Assembly: GCA_003519545.1 (NCBI GenBank)
Contig: DOWN01000016.1
Coordinates: forward strand, 1-30,698
DNA: 30,698 nucleotides
Direction: 5' to 3'
From: Bacteroidota bacterium
Lineage (GTDB): Bacteria > Bacteroidota > Ignavibacteria > Tepidaquicellales > Tepidaquicellaceae
Made by a program: the position numbers and the translations under genes. A model generated the notes under the pieces. That model had not been told where the DNA came from, did not search any database, and saw nothing but the letters and a program-made list of their open reading frames with translations. Position 1 is the first letter of the stretch. Each line of letters begins with the position of its first letter. Shown piece by piece: positions 8,365 to 18,570 of this stretch.

Positions 8365-9462
8365 ATGAAACTTCTATTTACTGTAATCATTTCCCTGATT
8401 ATATCATCAAATTCATTTTCACAATATTCAAATCCTGAAAGTGTAACTTATGATCCTGTCGGAAAAAATTATTACATTTCTAACACTCTTTCACAAAAAA
8501 TTGTTAAAAGAGACCCTTCGGGAACTGTAACAGACTTTGCAACTGTCGGTTCTTCAATTTATGGTGTGACATATTATAACGGAAATATTTATGTAGCCAA
8601 TGGAAACAGAATCAGAGGGTATAGCATTGCAACCGGAACACAGGTATTTCTTGATACTGTAACAGGTGCAACTTTTTTGAACGGTATTGCGATTGATTCA
8701 ACTACCGGAATTTTATACGCTTCAAACTTTGCATCAGGTTTGAATGCAAGAATATATAAAGTAAATTTAAATAACGGCGAATCAAATGCTTGGGCTAATC
8801 TCCCAAGACAACCAAACGGTGTTTATGTGGATAAAGCAAGAAACAGAGTTTTAGTTTGTTCTTGGGGAGCAAATGCTGTTATTATGGGAGTTCCAATAAG
8901 TGATTCAACATCTGTCAGTACACTCATAACTACTCCTTATGCAAATCTTGACGGAATTAAACTTGACAGAAATGATCACGTTTATATTTCTGTTTATTCT
9001 TCAACAGGTTCAGTAGTAAGATATGATATTAATTTTTCATTTCCTGCTTTCGTAGTCGCAAGCGGATTTTCAAATCCGGCTGATATATATGTGAACAGAT
9101 GGACCGATACTCTTGTTGTTCCAAGTGCAAATACAAACACCGTATTATTTTTCCCGTTATCAATTCCGACAAATATTTCTCAGGTAAACGGAGTAATAAG
9201 TGATTTTAAATTAAATCAAAATTATCCAAATCCATTTAACCCTGAAACTAAAATTTCATTTTCTGTATTTTCAAAAGGAGTTGTAAATTTATCAGTATAT
9301 GATATTTCCGGGAAATTAATTTCGACACTTATTAACAGCGAATTAAACGCAGGTGAATATGAATATAATTTTAAGTCAAACGGTTTACCTTCCGGAATGT
9401 ATTTTTATAAATTAAAATCAGGTAATTTTACAGAAACAAAAATGATGACTTTAATAAAATAG
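8365..9462 (+). CDS. Secreted SMP-30/gluconolactonase-like beta-propeller with T9SS C-terminal sorting domain
   Basis: Signal peptide MKLLFTVIISLIISSNSFSQ; blade motifs NPESV, FLNGIAID, QPNGV, NLDGIKLD, NPADI; CTD LNQNYPNPFNPETKISF...LPSGMYFYKL...KMMTLIK. Confidence 0.8.
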   Translation: MKLLFTVIISLIISSNSFSQYSNPESVTYDPVGKNYYISNTLSQKIVKRDPSGTVTDFATVGSSIYGVTYYNGNIYVANGNRIRGYSIATGTQVFLDTVTGATFLNGIAIDSTTGILYASNFASGLNARIYKVNLNNGESNAWANLPRQPNGVYVDKARNRVLVCSWGANAVIMGVPISDSTSVSTLITTPYANLDGIKLDRNDHVYISVYSSTGSVVRYDINFSFPAFVVASGFSNPADIYVNRWTDTLVVPSANTNTVLFFPLSIPTNISQVNGVISDFKLNQNYPNPFNPETKISFSVFSKGVVNLSVYDISGKLISTLINSELNAGEYEYNFKSNGLPSGMYFYKLKSGNFTETKMMTLIK

Positions 9463-9464
9463 TT

Positions 9465-9878
9465 ATGGTTCAGATTGATATATACTATGAAGGAGGATTT
9501 CATTGCGAAGCAAAACACTTGCCGAGTGACAGTGTAATCAATACGGATGCACCGCTTGATAATAAAGGCAAAGGTGAAGCATTTTCTCCGACGGATTTAC
9601 TTGCGACTTCACTCGGAGTTTGTGGTATTACGACTATGGATATAAAAAATCCCGATCCGGAAAATATTAATTTGGCAGGTACAAAACTCAGAGTTGAAAA
9701 ATATATGACAACAACAATTCCGAGAAAAATAGAGAAGATAAAAATATTTTATGAATTACCTATGTCAATACCTGAAGATAAAAGAAGTGAATTAGAGTTG
9801 ATTGCTAAAACTTGCCCTGTTGCTTTAAGTTTGAGAGATGAAGTTATTAAGGAGTATTATTTTAATTATGTTTTATAA
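9465..9878 (+). CDS. OsmC/YhfA family protein
   Basis: TDAPLDNKGKGEAFSPTDLLATSLGVC and CPVALSL (two-Cys motif). Confidence 0.9.
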   Translation: MVQIDIYYEGGFHCEAKHLPSDSVINTDAPLDNKGKGEAFSPTDLLATSLGVCGITTMDIKNPDPENINLAGTKLRVEKYMTTTIPRKIEKIKIFYELPMSIPEDKRSELELIAKTCPVALSLRDEVIKEYYFNYVL

Positions 9879-9879
9879 A

Positions 9880-10374
9880 TTATTTTCTACCTGAAGTAAT
9901 GAATTCACCGGTTTCCGCATCCACTCTGAGTTGCGGAACACCGGTTTTATTTAAATACCAAAATCTCCATTCCCATTTTTCTTTTACAGGTTTATATTCC
10001 CACTTCATAATTTTCATTTCAAGTTCAGTTTCTGTTTTACTTTTTGCGGTTTGTAAATCTATATTTTTAGAATGAGGATTTAAGTTGTAATTAAACGGAC
10101 CATCTGAGGATTCTGCTTCCATCAATTCTCCGTTTTTTAAATCAAATTCAAATTTAATTTCACCACCGTCTTTTGCAATCATTTTAATTTCCCAATAACC
10201 TTTACCTGATTTAAATTTTCTTTCGGCTTTGACTATTTCACCTTGAATCAATCCGTTTGCTTTATTTATAAAATCGGTAATCTGTAAATTAGATTTTGTA
10301 GAATCGGCATATAATTCAGTAAAATAAAAATTAACACTAATCAATAATAAAAATATTGAAACAGATATTTTCAA
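9880..10374 (-). CDS. Exported PepSY-like domain protein (probably two repeats)
   Basis: TTG start, hydrophobic signal peptide; GEIVKAE...YWEIKM...EIKFEFDLKNGEL and LQTAKSK...WEWRF...LRVDAETGE resemble PepSY repeats. Confidence 0.6.
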   Translation of the reverse strand: MKISVSIFLLLISVNFYFTELYADSTKSNLQITDFINKANGLIQGEIVKAERKFKSGKGYWEIKMIAKDGGEIKFEFDLKNGELMEAESSDGPFNYNLNPHSKNIDLQTAKSKTETELEMKIMKWEYKPVKEKWEWRFWYLNKTGVPQLRVDAETGEFITSGRK

Positions 10375-10387
10375 CTTGTATTAAATG

Positions 10388-13120
10388 TTAATTGTTAGTT
10401 TTATGTTTTGATTTTATAAATGCTCTTGCAGCCGCAAGTCTCGCTATAGGAACTCTGAACGGTGAACAACTGACGTAATCTAAACCTATCTTTTCACAAA
10501 AATCTATTGTCTCAGGATCGCCACCATGTTCTCCGCATATTCCGACTTTTAAATCTTTTCTTACAGCCCGTCCTTCTCTGACAGCAAATCTGATTAACAT
10601 ACCAACACCATCCACATCAACAGTTACAAACGGATCTTTTTCGAGAATATCTTTCTCAAGATATTTAGGTAAAAAATGGCTCGAATCATCTCTCGAAATT
10701 CCATAAGTCATTTGAGTAAGGTCATTAGTACCGAATGAAAAGAACTGTGCTGATGAAGCAATCTGCGATGCCGTGAGTGCTGCTCTCGGAATCTCAATCA
10801 TAGTACCTACCATATAATTAATTTTTACTTTTCTTTCTTTCATCACTTCGCTTGCAACTTTTCTAACTACATTTTCCTGAGTTTTAAATTCATTTATATG
10901 ACTCACCAGTGGAATCATAATTTCAGGTTTAACTTTTATTCCGTCTTTTATGACATTAGCCGCCGCTTCAAATACAGCCCTCGCCTGCATTTCCGTAATT
11001 TCAGGAAATGAAACTCCAAGCCGGCAACCTCTGTGTCCGAGCATCGGATTAAACTCATGCAATGAGTCAACTTTATATTTTATCTCTTCAAAGTTTGTGC
11101 CAATCTTATCGGCAAGTTTTCTCATTTCAATTTCTGTCTTTGGTAAAAACTCGTGTAGTGGAGGGTCAAGTGTTCTTATAGTTACAGGTTTATCTTTCAT
11201 AACTCTGAATATTCCTTCAAAGTCATCTCTCTGAAAAGGCAATATCTGTTCAAGTGCTTTTCTTCTTCCTATTTCACTGTAAGCGAGAATCATTTCTCTC
11301 ACAGCATCTATTCTGTCTCCACCAAAAAACATATGTTCAGTTCTGCAAAGCCCTATACCTTCTGCACCGAAAGCAATTGCATTTGCTGACTGATCGGGTT
11401 GATCGGCATTTGTTCTGATTTTTAATCTTCTGTGTTTATCAACCCAGTTCATAAATGTTTTGTAATAACCGTATGTAACAGAATCAGACGGCTTTAATGT
11501 TTTATCAATTAATACCTGTAAAATTTCAGAAGGTTTTGGTTCAAGTTTACCTATTATAACTTCTCCTGTTGATCCGTCAATTGAAATATAATCACCTTCT
11601 CTTACAATCATCTCTTTATTTTCAACTTTCATCGTTTTAAGCAGGTAATCAATTTCCAAATCACCGCAACCTGCCACACAAACTTTACCCATTTGTCTGG
11701 CAACAAGTGCCGCGTGAGAAGTCATTCCGCCTCTTGAAGTTAAAATACCTTCGGATGCATTCATTCCTCTTATATCTTCAGGTGAAGTTTCAATTCTGAC
11801 AAGAATTACATCTTCACCTCTTGCGGCTGCATTGACGGCATCAAATGAATTGAAATAAACTTTACCCGCAGCAGCACCGGGACCCGCATTTAAACCTCTC
11901 GTCAATAACTTACCGTTTTTGATGGCAACATTTTTTTCTTTTTCATTAAATATAGGTCTTAGTAATTGATTTAACTGTTCCGGGTCAACTCTTAAAATTG
12001 CTTCTTTGTCATTGATTAATTTTTCTTTTACCATATCAACAGCAATCTTAACGGAGGCATACCCTGTTCTTTTACCGACTCTGCACTGAAGCATATATAA
12101 TACTTCTTCCTGTATAGTAAATTCTATATCCATCATATCTCTGTAATGCTTCTCAAGAATTTTTCTAATCTTCTCTAACTGGTCATATATTTTTTTATTT
12201 TCTTTTTTTAGTTTTGAAATTGGCAGAGGCGTTCTGATTCCCGCAACCACATCTTCACCCTGAGCATTCATAAGATATTCACCGTAAAATTCATTGTCGC
12301 CGTTTGAAGGATTTCTTGTAAATGCAACACCTGTCCCTGAAGACTCTCCCATATTTCCGAACACCATAGATTGAATGTTTACGGCAGTTCCCCATTCTTC
12401 AGGTATATCATTTAATTTTCTGTAAACAATCGCTCTGTCATTCATCCATGAGTTAAACACCGCTCCAATAGCACCCCATAACTGATCCATCGGGTCAGCG
12501 GGAAAATCTTTTCCGGTTTCTTTTTTAATTGCTGATTTAAATTCACTTACAAGTTCCTTTAAATCAGTAACTGAAAAATCTGTATCAAGTTTTATTCCGA
12601 GTTTTTGTTTTTTGTGTTCAATTATTTTTTCAAACGGATCTTCCTGATTTTTATCTTTCGGTTTCAAATCCATTACGACATCTCCATACATCTGAACAAA
12701 TCTTCTGTATGAATCATAAACAAATCTTTCGTTTCCTGTTTTATTGATTAATGCCTGAGCAGTTTTATCATTAAGTCCTAAATTTAAAACGGTATCCATC
12801 ATACCCGGCATAGACGCTCTTGCTCCTGATCTTACGCTTACGAGTAATGGATTTTTTTCATCTCCAAATTTCGAACCCATTTGTTTTTCAACTTTAGCCA
12901 AAGCATCTTTAATCTGTTTCTCAAGTTCTTTAGGATATTTTCTTTTGTTGGCGTAATAATACGTACAGACTTCGGTAGTTATTGTAAATCCCGCAGGCAC
13001 AGGAAGTTTGATGTTAGTCATCTCGGCAAGATTCGCACCCTTGCCTCCAAGAAGAGATTTCATTGTGGAGTTGCCGTCTGCTTTTCCACCTCCGAAGTAG
13101 TAAACGTATTTTTTTGGCAT
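10388..13120 (-). CDS. ppdK: Pyruvate, phosphate dikinase
   Basis: [29 protein letters not shown], phospho-His motif [47 protein letters not shown]. Confidence 0.99.
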   Translation of the reverse strand: MPKKYVYYFGGGKADGNSTMKSLLGGKGANLAEMTNIKLPVPAGFTITTEVCTYYYANKRKYPKELEKQIKDALAKVEKQMGSKFGDEKNPLLVSVRSGARASMPGMMDTVLNLGLNDKTAQALINKTGNERFVYDSYRRFVQMYGDVVMDLKPKDKNQEDPFEKIIEHKKQKLGIKLDTDFSVTDLKELVSEFKSAIKKETGKDFPADPMDQLWGAIGAVFNSWMNDRAIVYRKLNDIPEEWGTAVNIQSMVFGNMGESSGTGVAFTRNPSNGDNEFYGEYLMNAQGEDVVAGIRTPLPISKLKKENKKIYDQLEKIRKILEKHYRDMMDIEFTIQEEVLYMLQCRVGKRTGYASVKIAVDMVKEKLINDKEAILRVDPEQLNQLLRPIFNEKEKNVAIKNGKLLTRGLNAGPGAAAGKVYFNSFDAVNAAARGEDVILVRIETSPEDIRGMNASEGILTSRGGMTSHAALVARQMGKVCVAGCGDLEIDYLLKTMKVENKEMIVREGDYISIDGSTGEVIIGKLEPKPSEILQVLIDKTLKPSDSVTYGYYKTFMNWVDKHRRLKIRTNADQPDQSANAIAFGAEGIGLCRTEHMFFGGDRIDAVREMILAYSEIGRRKALEQILPFQRDDFEGIFRVMKDKPVTIRTLDPPLHEFLPKTEIEMRKLADKIGTNFEEIKYKVDSLHEFNPMLGHRGCRLGVSFPEITEMQARAVFEAAANVIKDGIKVKPEIMIPLVSHINEFKTQENVVRKVASEVMKERKVKINYMVGTMIEIPRAALTASQIASSAQFFSFGTNDLTQMTYGISRDDSSHFLPKYLEKDILEKDPFVTVDVDGVGMLIRFAVREGRAVRKDLKVGICGEHGGDPETIDFCEKIGLDYVSCSPFRVPIARLAAARAFIKSKHKTNN

Positions 13121-13139
13121 ATGAATTTATTTTTTTAAA

Positions 13140-14948
13140 TTAACCGTATATCCATTTATTGTAAAATTTTAACTGTGAATCGGAACGGTTATCCATTATT
13201 TTCATTTTATATCTGGGTAAACCTGTTTTTAAAATCACCGATACAGTTTTTTCAAGTCCGTCTCTGTCAATTTTTATTTCAATCTCATCACCTATATTAT
13301 ATTTATCCAAAACAGACTGCAAATTATTTTTTGTTACCATCTCATCTTCAATTGAAATCAACTTGTCACGGAAATTCAATCCTGCAGCATATCCGCTGCC
13401 TCCTTCATATACTTTATTAATCATTATAACCGAATCAGTTATATAAGTATATTCAACATCCAAAGTAATTTTGTCATCTGCTGTCGTATTAATAAGTTCA
13501 ACTCCTGCAAGTTCCAGATATTCTTTAAGCGGTAAATCTTTTGTTCCGGCAATATAATCTCTCCAAAAATTATCCATATTAATTCCGGAAACCTGTTCAG
13601 AAAGTTCTTTTATTCTTCCGTCAGTATAACCTTTTGAAGGATTCTTTTTGTAATCATCATACAATAATTTTAAAACCTCATCGAGAGATTTTTCAGCATT
13701 TGTGGCTTTGATAATTTCCATATCAAGTAAAAACGCTACGAGTGCACCTTTTGTATAATATGAAATCTGAGAATTTTTTGAATTTTCATCCTGTCTGTAA
13801 TATTTTATCCAGTTATCAAAACTTGATTCTTCAAGGGATTGTTTGAACCTTCCCTGAAATCTCATAATATCGTTCACTTCATTTTCAAACATTGTAAGAT
13901 ATTCTTCATCATTAAAAATTTTGGCTCTTCTCAGCAACACATTGTCATAAAAACTTGTCCAGCCTTCAGTTACGTAATGCATTTTTGTATAAACTTCTGA
14001 ATCGTAGTTAAAAGGTCCCAAAACTTCGGGTCGAATTCTTTTCACATTCCATGTATGAAAAAACTCATGAGATATCAATCCGAGAAATCTTCTGTATCTT
14101 TCAGGTTTATCAAATAAATTCCTGTCGGCGATTACAGCGAATGAATTTTTATGTTCAAGTCCGCCTCCACCTGCCTGAACAAGCATTACTATAAAAGTAA
14201 AATCATTATAAGGTAAATCACCGAATAATTTTTCCTGTACTTCAACAATTTTTTTGAAATCACTTATAATCTTAGCGGGCTCATAATTTCCTTTTCCTGC
14301 CATACAGATAAAATGTTTTTTTCCGGAAACAGTGAACTCAAGAATTTCCTGATTACCTGCTACTATAGGGCAATCAATAAAATCATCATAATTATCTGAT
14401 TCATATAAATCATTTGATATTTTTTTCAACCCGGTTGAAATATTTTTCCAGTTTTTTGGTAGATTTATTTTTAACACACATTTATCTGAAAGTCTGCCTC
14501 TGACAAACATAAAAATATTAGATCCGTTCAGGAATGCATTATCAATATTTACCTGACTTGTTCTTACCGTAAGTTCATTGCAATAAACTCTGTATTTAAC
14601 TGAAATTTTACCGGGACCGTTTGTTATTATTTTCCAGGAGTTTTTATTTGTCTTAAAAATTTCTAATGGGGAATTATCAGATGTATATGCATTTACTTTT
14701 TCAATGTGTCGTGCAAACTCTCTGATCATATATGAACCCGGTGTCCATACCGGAAGAGAAACGGAGACTTCGTTTTCTCCTCGCGAGTCAAATGTCATCT
14801 CAACATTTACATAATGATTTTGAGGTTGTAAAAATGATATTGTGTAATGAGTTTCGTTGTTCACTCCGGCTTGTGTTAAATTTTGAAAAAAAATCAGATA
14901 AATAAAAATACCAATTATATATTTATAATTTATCCGGAATATTATCAT
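13140..14948 (-). CDS. M61 family glycyl aminopeptidase with C-terminal PDZ domain, exported
   Basis: N-terminal hydrophobic signal; LPVWTPGSYMIREF, GGGLEH, ISHEFFHTWNVKRIRP (HExxH), EGWTSFYD, SYYTKG; PDZ-like AAGLNFRDKLISI. Confidence 0.93.
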   Translation of the reverse strand: MIIFRINYKYIIGIFIYLIFFQNLTQAGVNNETHYTISFLQPQNHYVNVEMTFDSRGENEVSVSLPVWTPGSYMIREFARHIEKVNAYTSDNSPLEIFKTNKNSWKIITNGPGKISVKYRVYCNELTVRTSQVNIDNAFLNGSNIFMFVRGRLSDKCVLKINLPKNWKNISTGLKKISNDLYESDNYDDFIDCPIVAGNQEILEFTVSGKKHFICMAGKGNYEPAKIISDFKKIVEVQEKLFGDLPYNDFTFIVMLVQAGGGGLEHKNSFAVIADRNLFDKPERYRRFLGLISHEFFHTWNVKRIRPEVLGPFNYDSEVYTKMHYVTEGWTSFYDNVLLRRAKIFNDEEYLTMFENEVNDIMRFQGRFKQSLEESSFDNWIKYYRQDENSKNSQISYYTKGALVAFLLDMEIIKATNAEKSLDEVLKLLYDDYKKNPSKGYTDGRIKELSEQVSGINMDNFWRDYIAGTKDLPLKEYLELAGVELINTTADDKITLDVEYTYITDSVIMINKVYEGGSGYAAGLNFRDKLISIEDEMVTKNNLQSVLDKYNIGDEIEIKIDRDGLEKTVSVILKTGLPRYKMKIMDNRSDSQLKFYNKWIYG

Positions 14949-14958
14949 TTAGTTGTAG

Positions 14959-15429
14959 TTAAATGTCTATGAGGTTTTGTTCTTCTTCTTTAAACAACTT
15001 CAGAATTTCTGCAGGTGTTTTTGCGAGTAATAATTTATCCCTGAAATCTTCTTTATTCATTAATCTCGAAATTCTGCTTAAGAGTTTTATATGTGCATTA
15101 AGTAAACTGTCTTTGCCTACCAATAAAAAAATAAATTTTACCGGCTCTGAATCTATTGAATCAAAATCAATCCCGTTTTTTGTAATCCCAAATGCCGCAA
15201 CAACATCTGATATTTCGTCAGTTTTTCCGTGAGGCACAGCAAATCCTTTACCGACGCCTGTTGATACGATTTTCTCTCTTTCAAAAATACACTCTCTCAC
15301 TTTTTCCAGATCGATAATCTTACCGGAATTGTTTGCCAAATCCACCATCATATTGATTGCTTCCGTCTTGTCAGACGGATTCAAATCAATTGAGATAATT
15401 TTTTCGTTTAATATTTCGCTGATTTTCAT
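14959..15429 (-). CDS. Stand-alone PTS EIIA component (PtsN / fructose-mannitol EIIA family)
   Basis: REKIVSTGVGKGFAVPHGK (phosphorylatable His), GIDFDSIDSEPVKFIFLL, HIKLLSRISRL. Confidence 0.92.
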   Translation of the reverse strand: MKISEILNEKIISIDLNPSDKTEAINMMVDLANNSGKIIDLEKVRECIFEREKIVSTGVGKGFAVPHGKTDEISDVVAAFGITKNGIDFDSIDSEPVKFIFLLVGKDSLLNAHIKLLSRISRLMNKEDFRDKLLLAKTPAEILKLFKEEEQNLIDI

Positions 15430-15436
15430 AATTGTT

Positions 15437-17875
15437 TTACTCCGGTATATATTTTAATGCTTTTTCTTTATACTCATTCAGTAGTTTTATAGATTTCTCT
15501 TTATTATCAGTTTCTACATTTAAGTGAATTATATTTCTGTCTTTATCAGGAATAAATAAAACTGTGTCAGTTTCGCTTAACATAATTCTAACTCCGTCTA
15601 TCAATAATTGTTTTTTATCAATATTCTCTTCCATAAATTTTCTCATCACTTTGCCTTTTTCTTCTTTAGGGCAATTGAGATTTTCTTTTTCCATATAAAG
15701 ATGAGGAGTTGTCTTATCAAGTTCCTGTAAATTTACATTTGATTTTGCAATCAGTTCTAAAATTTTTGCGATAGAAAACATTCCGTCTGTTGCATATAAA
15801 AACTCAGGAAATAAAAAGCCGCCCATCACCCCACCGACAAACTTTACATCCTTATCATCACACGCAGCCATCATTGCATAATGAGAATCTTTCACTCTCA
15901 CAACCTCAACTCCAAATTCTTTTGCAACCAAATCAACTTCATTCGTTGCCTGAACCGGAACTGCAACTTTTTTTATTCCGGGATTTGCCATCAAAAACAT
16001 TTTGAGAACAAGCACAAGAAATCTGTGACCGTCAAGTTTAACTCCGTCTGAGGTAACGAGCCAAATTTTTTCTCCGCCTGCGTCTATCATAAACCCTAAA
16101 TCGTAATCAAGTGATTTAATTACATAAGTGAAATTATCAAATGCCTTGTTAAACTCTGCAACAGACCTCGTAATTTTTTCCTTATCAAGGTGAGCTGAGA
16201 GAGAAACAATTTCACAGTTTAATTCACCGAGTATATTGGGAAAAATTGTAGCCGTTATTCCGTAACTGTAGTCAATAACAAGTTTAAATTTTTTCTTCCT
16301 GATTGCTTCTACATCCAGTTTACTTAAGTATAAACTTTTATATTTTTCATTCGTTCTTTCCGGGAATGTCATCTCGCCTACGTCATAAAACGCGGCTCTC
16401 TGATACTCTTCCGAAAAGAATAATCTTTCGATTGACTTTGTTTTATTACTTGATAAGTCTTTTCCATCTTTATCAAAAAATATTATGTCGGTTGTTGCTT
16501 TATCAAATGGAGATTTTCTTACAAAAATTCCTCCTGACCCAGATCCACTCTTAAGTTCCTGTCTTAACATCGGTATCGGTATCACTTGTAAATCCAATAC
16601 ATCAATACCCGCAGATAACAACCCGCTTGATATGGCACGTTTTATCATATTCGAAATATCATCTATGTCCCTGCCGATTAAAATTCGTTTGTTCTCTCCA
16701 ACAAATGCTCCATATACAGAACCAAGTTTAGCGGCAAACTCAGGGTTTACCTGAAGATTTGATAAACCGGAAATTCTCGACTCGATAAATAATTCATTAA
16801 AAAATGTATCTTCATAAATTAAACTCTTCGTTATCTTTGCATTGTTATCAATTTTTTTATTATCCCAAATTCTTAAACTTGAACTTACAAAAACATTTTT
16901 TCCAAAGTCACAGTTATTACCGATGAATACATAATCATTAATTCTCGTATTCTGTCCAAAGTTACAGTTATTACCTATTACATCAAATAATAATGATACT
17001 TTTGAATCAAGATTTATATTTTTCCAAAGAACTGAATTTCTGATTATGCTGTCATCTCCAATAATGCAATTATCACCAATAATACTGTTTTCAATTGTTA
17101 CATTATTTCCAATTTTAATATTTTTCCCAAAGCAGTTTCCGTTTTTATCTGCTTCTTTTATATAATCCAAATCACCTTTGAGTGCTTCAAGATTTGCAAT
17201 AATATATTCTTCAAGATTTCCGACATCTCTCCAGTAACCTTCACATCTGTGTCCGTATAAGGGAATATTTTCATTCAACAATTTTGGAAATAAATCTTTG
17301 GAGAAATCAAAGTTTTCATTTTTAGGAATGAAATTAAAAATTTCTTTATTAAAAAAATATATTCCTGTATTGATTGTATCAGAAAAAACTTCTGACGAAG
17401 AAGGTTTCTCGAGAAACCTGATAATCTTTCCCTGTTCATCAGTCAGAACTATTCCAAACTGTAAAGGATTTTCAGCGGAGTAAAGACTTATTGTTGCAGT
17501 TGCATTTTTATCGTTATGAAATTTTGCAACTTCAGTTAAATTAAAATCTGTTAAAACATCACCGCTGATAACAATAAATTTATCATCAATAAATTCTTCG
17601 GCAAATTTCACAGCACCGGCAGTTCCGTAATCTGCATCAGGAATTATATACCTAATGTTGACACCATATTCTTTTCCGTCGCCAAAAAAATTTTTAATTT
17701 TTTCGGGCATAAAATATAAGAGCATTACATAGTCAGTAATCCCGTGAAGTTTGAGCAGATTAAAAATATGCTCAAGCATCGGTTTATTCACAACCGGAAC
17801 CATTGGTTTAGGAATATCATTCGTGAGTGGTCTCAGTCTTGTTCCAAAACCACCTGCCATTATTACGGCTTGCAC
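15437..17875 (-). CDS. Sugar-phosphate nucleotidyltransferase (mannose-1-P guanylyltransferase-like) + left-handed beta-helix + degenerate phosphohexomutase-like domain
   Basis: GTG start. [44 protein letters not shown]; hexapeptide repeats; PMM-like C-terminal half ([12 protein letters not shown]) with eroded catalytic motifs. Confidence 0.88.
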   Translation of the reverse strand: MQAVIMAGGFGTRLRPLTNDIPKPMVPVVNKPMLEHIFNLLKLHGITDYVMLLYFMPEKIKNFFGDGKEYGVNIRYIIPDADYGTAGAVKFAEEFIDDKFIVISGDVLTDFNLTEVAKFHNDKNATATISLYSAENPLQFGIVLTDEQGKIIRFLEKPSSSEVFSDTINTGIYFFNKEIFNFIPKNENFDFSKDLFPKLLNENIPLYGHRCEGYWRDVGNLEEYIIANLEALKGDLDYIKEADKNGNCFGKNIKIGNNVTIENSIIGDNCIIGDDSIIRNSVLWKNINLDSKVSLLFDVIGNNCNFGQNTRINDYVFIGNNCDFGKNVFVSSSLRIWDNKKIDNNAKITKSLIYEDTFFNELFIESRISGLSNLQVNPEFAAKLGSVYGAFVGENKRILIGRDIDDISNMIKRAISSGLLSAGIDVLDLQVIPIPMLRQELKSGSGSGGIFVRKSPFDKATTDIIFFDKDGKDLSSNKTKSIERLFFSEEYQRAAFYDVGEMTFPERTNEKYKSLYLSKLDVEAIRKKKFKLVIDYSYGITATIFPNILGELNCEIVSLSAHLDKEKITRSVAEFNKAFDNFTYVIKSLDYDLGFMIDAGGEKIWLVTSDGVKLDGHRFLVLVLKMFLMANPGIKKVAVPVQATNEVDLVAKEFGVEVVRVKDSHYAMMAACDDKDVKFVGGVMGGFLFPEFLYATDGMFSIAKILELIAKSNVNLQELDKTTPHLYMEKENLNCPKEEKGKVMRKFMEENIDKKQLLIDGVRIMLSETDTVLFIPDKDRNIIHLNVETDNKEKSIKLLNEYKEKALKYIPE

Positions 17876-17881
17876 AGTATT

Positions 17882-18490
17882 TTATTTTTTTTCGTTTTTG
17901 AAATCAAATTTTACATCAGGTGCTTTATCTGAACCTTCCTGACTTTTGAAATATTGCTTTTCATTAAATCCAAAAATTTTTGCAATTATCAATGTTGGAA
18001 AACTTCTCACTGATGTATTATAATGCTGAACTACTTCGTTAAATCTTCTTCTTTCAACTGCAATCCTGTTTTCTGTTCCTTCTAACTGTGACTGAAGTTG
18101 CAGAAAATTTTCATTCGCTTTTAACTGCGGATAGTTTTCAGCAACTACAAGCAATCTTGATAAGGCACTTGATAACTGATCCTGTGCCTGCTGGAATTGC
18201 TGGAATTTTTGAGGGTCGCTTAAATCATCTGCCGTTATATTCACGCTGCCAACTTTACTTCTCGCATCAGTTACTTCAGTCATTGTTGATTTTTCAAAAT
18301 CAGCAACTCCCTGGACAGAGCTTACCAAATTAGGAATCAAATCGGCTCTTCTTTGATATTGATTTTCAACCTGACTCCATGCAGAATTTACTGCTTCTTC
18401 CTGAGTCACCAGGTCGTTATAACCACAACCTGAAAAATTTACTGTAAATAAAAAACCTGTTATTAACAGGAATATATATTTTAATTTCAT
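17882..18490 (-). CDS. lemA: LemA family protein with lipoprotein-type signal
   Basis: ATG at 18490 preferred over the TTG at 18508. Lipobox-like FSGC, then GYNDLV; WSQVENQYQRRADLIPNLV, VVAENYPQLKAN, LEGTENRIAVERRRFNE. Confidence 0.93.
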   Translation of the reverse strand: MKLKYIFLLITGFLFTVNFSGCGYNDLVTQEEAVNSAWSQVENQYQRRADLIPNLVSSVQGVADFEKSTMTEVTDARSKVGSVNITADDLSDPQKFQQFQQAQDQLSSALSRLLVVAENYPQLKANENFLQLQSQLEGTENRIAVERRRFNEVVQHYNTSVRSFPTLIIAKIFGFNEKQYFKSQEGSDKAPDVKFDFKNEKK

Positions 18491-18535
18491 ATCCTTATTT
18501 TTAATCAAAAATAGTATTAAGTATAATTATAAACA

Positions 18536-18564
18536 ATTATAAAGTATTAGAGAATTTTCCTCAA
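18536..18564 (-). promoter_or_regulatory. Putative sigma70-type promoter for lemA and downstream genes
   Basis: On the - strand: TTGAGG (18564-18559), 17 bp, perfect TATAAT (18541-18536). It lies in the only sizeable gap of the minus-strand run. Confidence 0.5.
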
Positions 18565-18570
18565 AAACCT

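Noticed and set aside
5-9878. A dedicated oxidative-stress island (MsrC, Prx, Rieske, OsmC)
   Set aside because: These genes are separated by core genes (ribF-rpsO-pnp) and a terminator; co-location in a compact genome is unremarkable without regulon evidence.
18491-18508. TTG start for lemA (MIKNKD extension)
   Set aside because: The ATG at 18490 gives a normal MKLK lipoprotein-type signal; the extension adds nothing recognisable.
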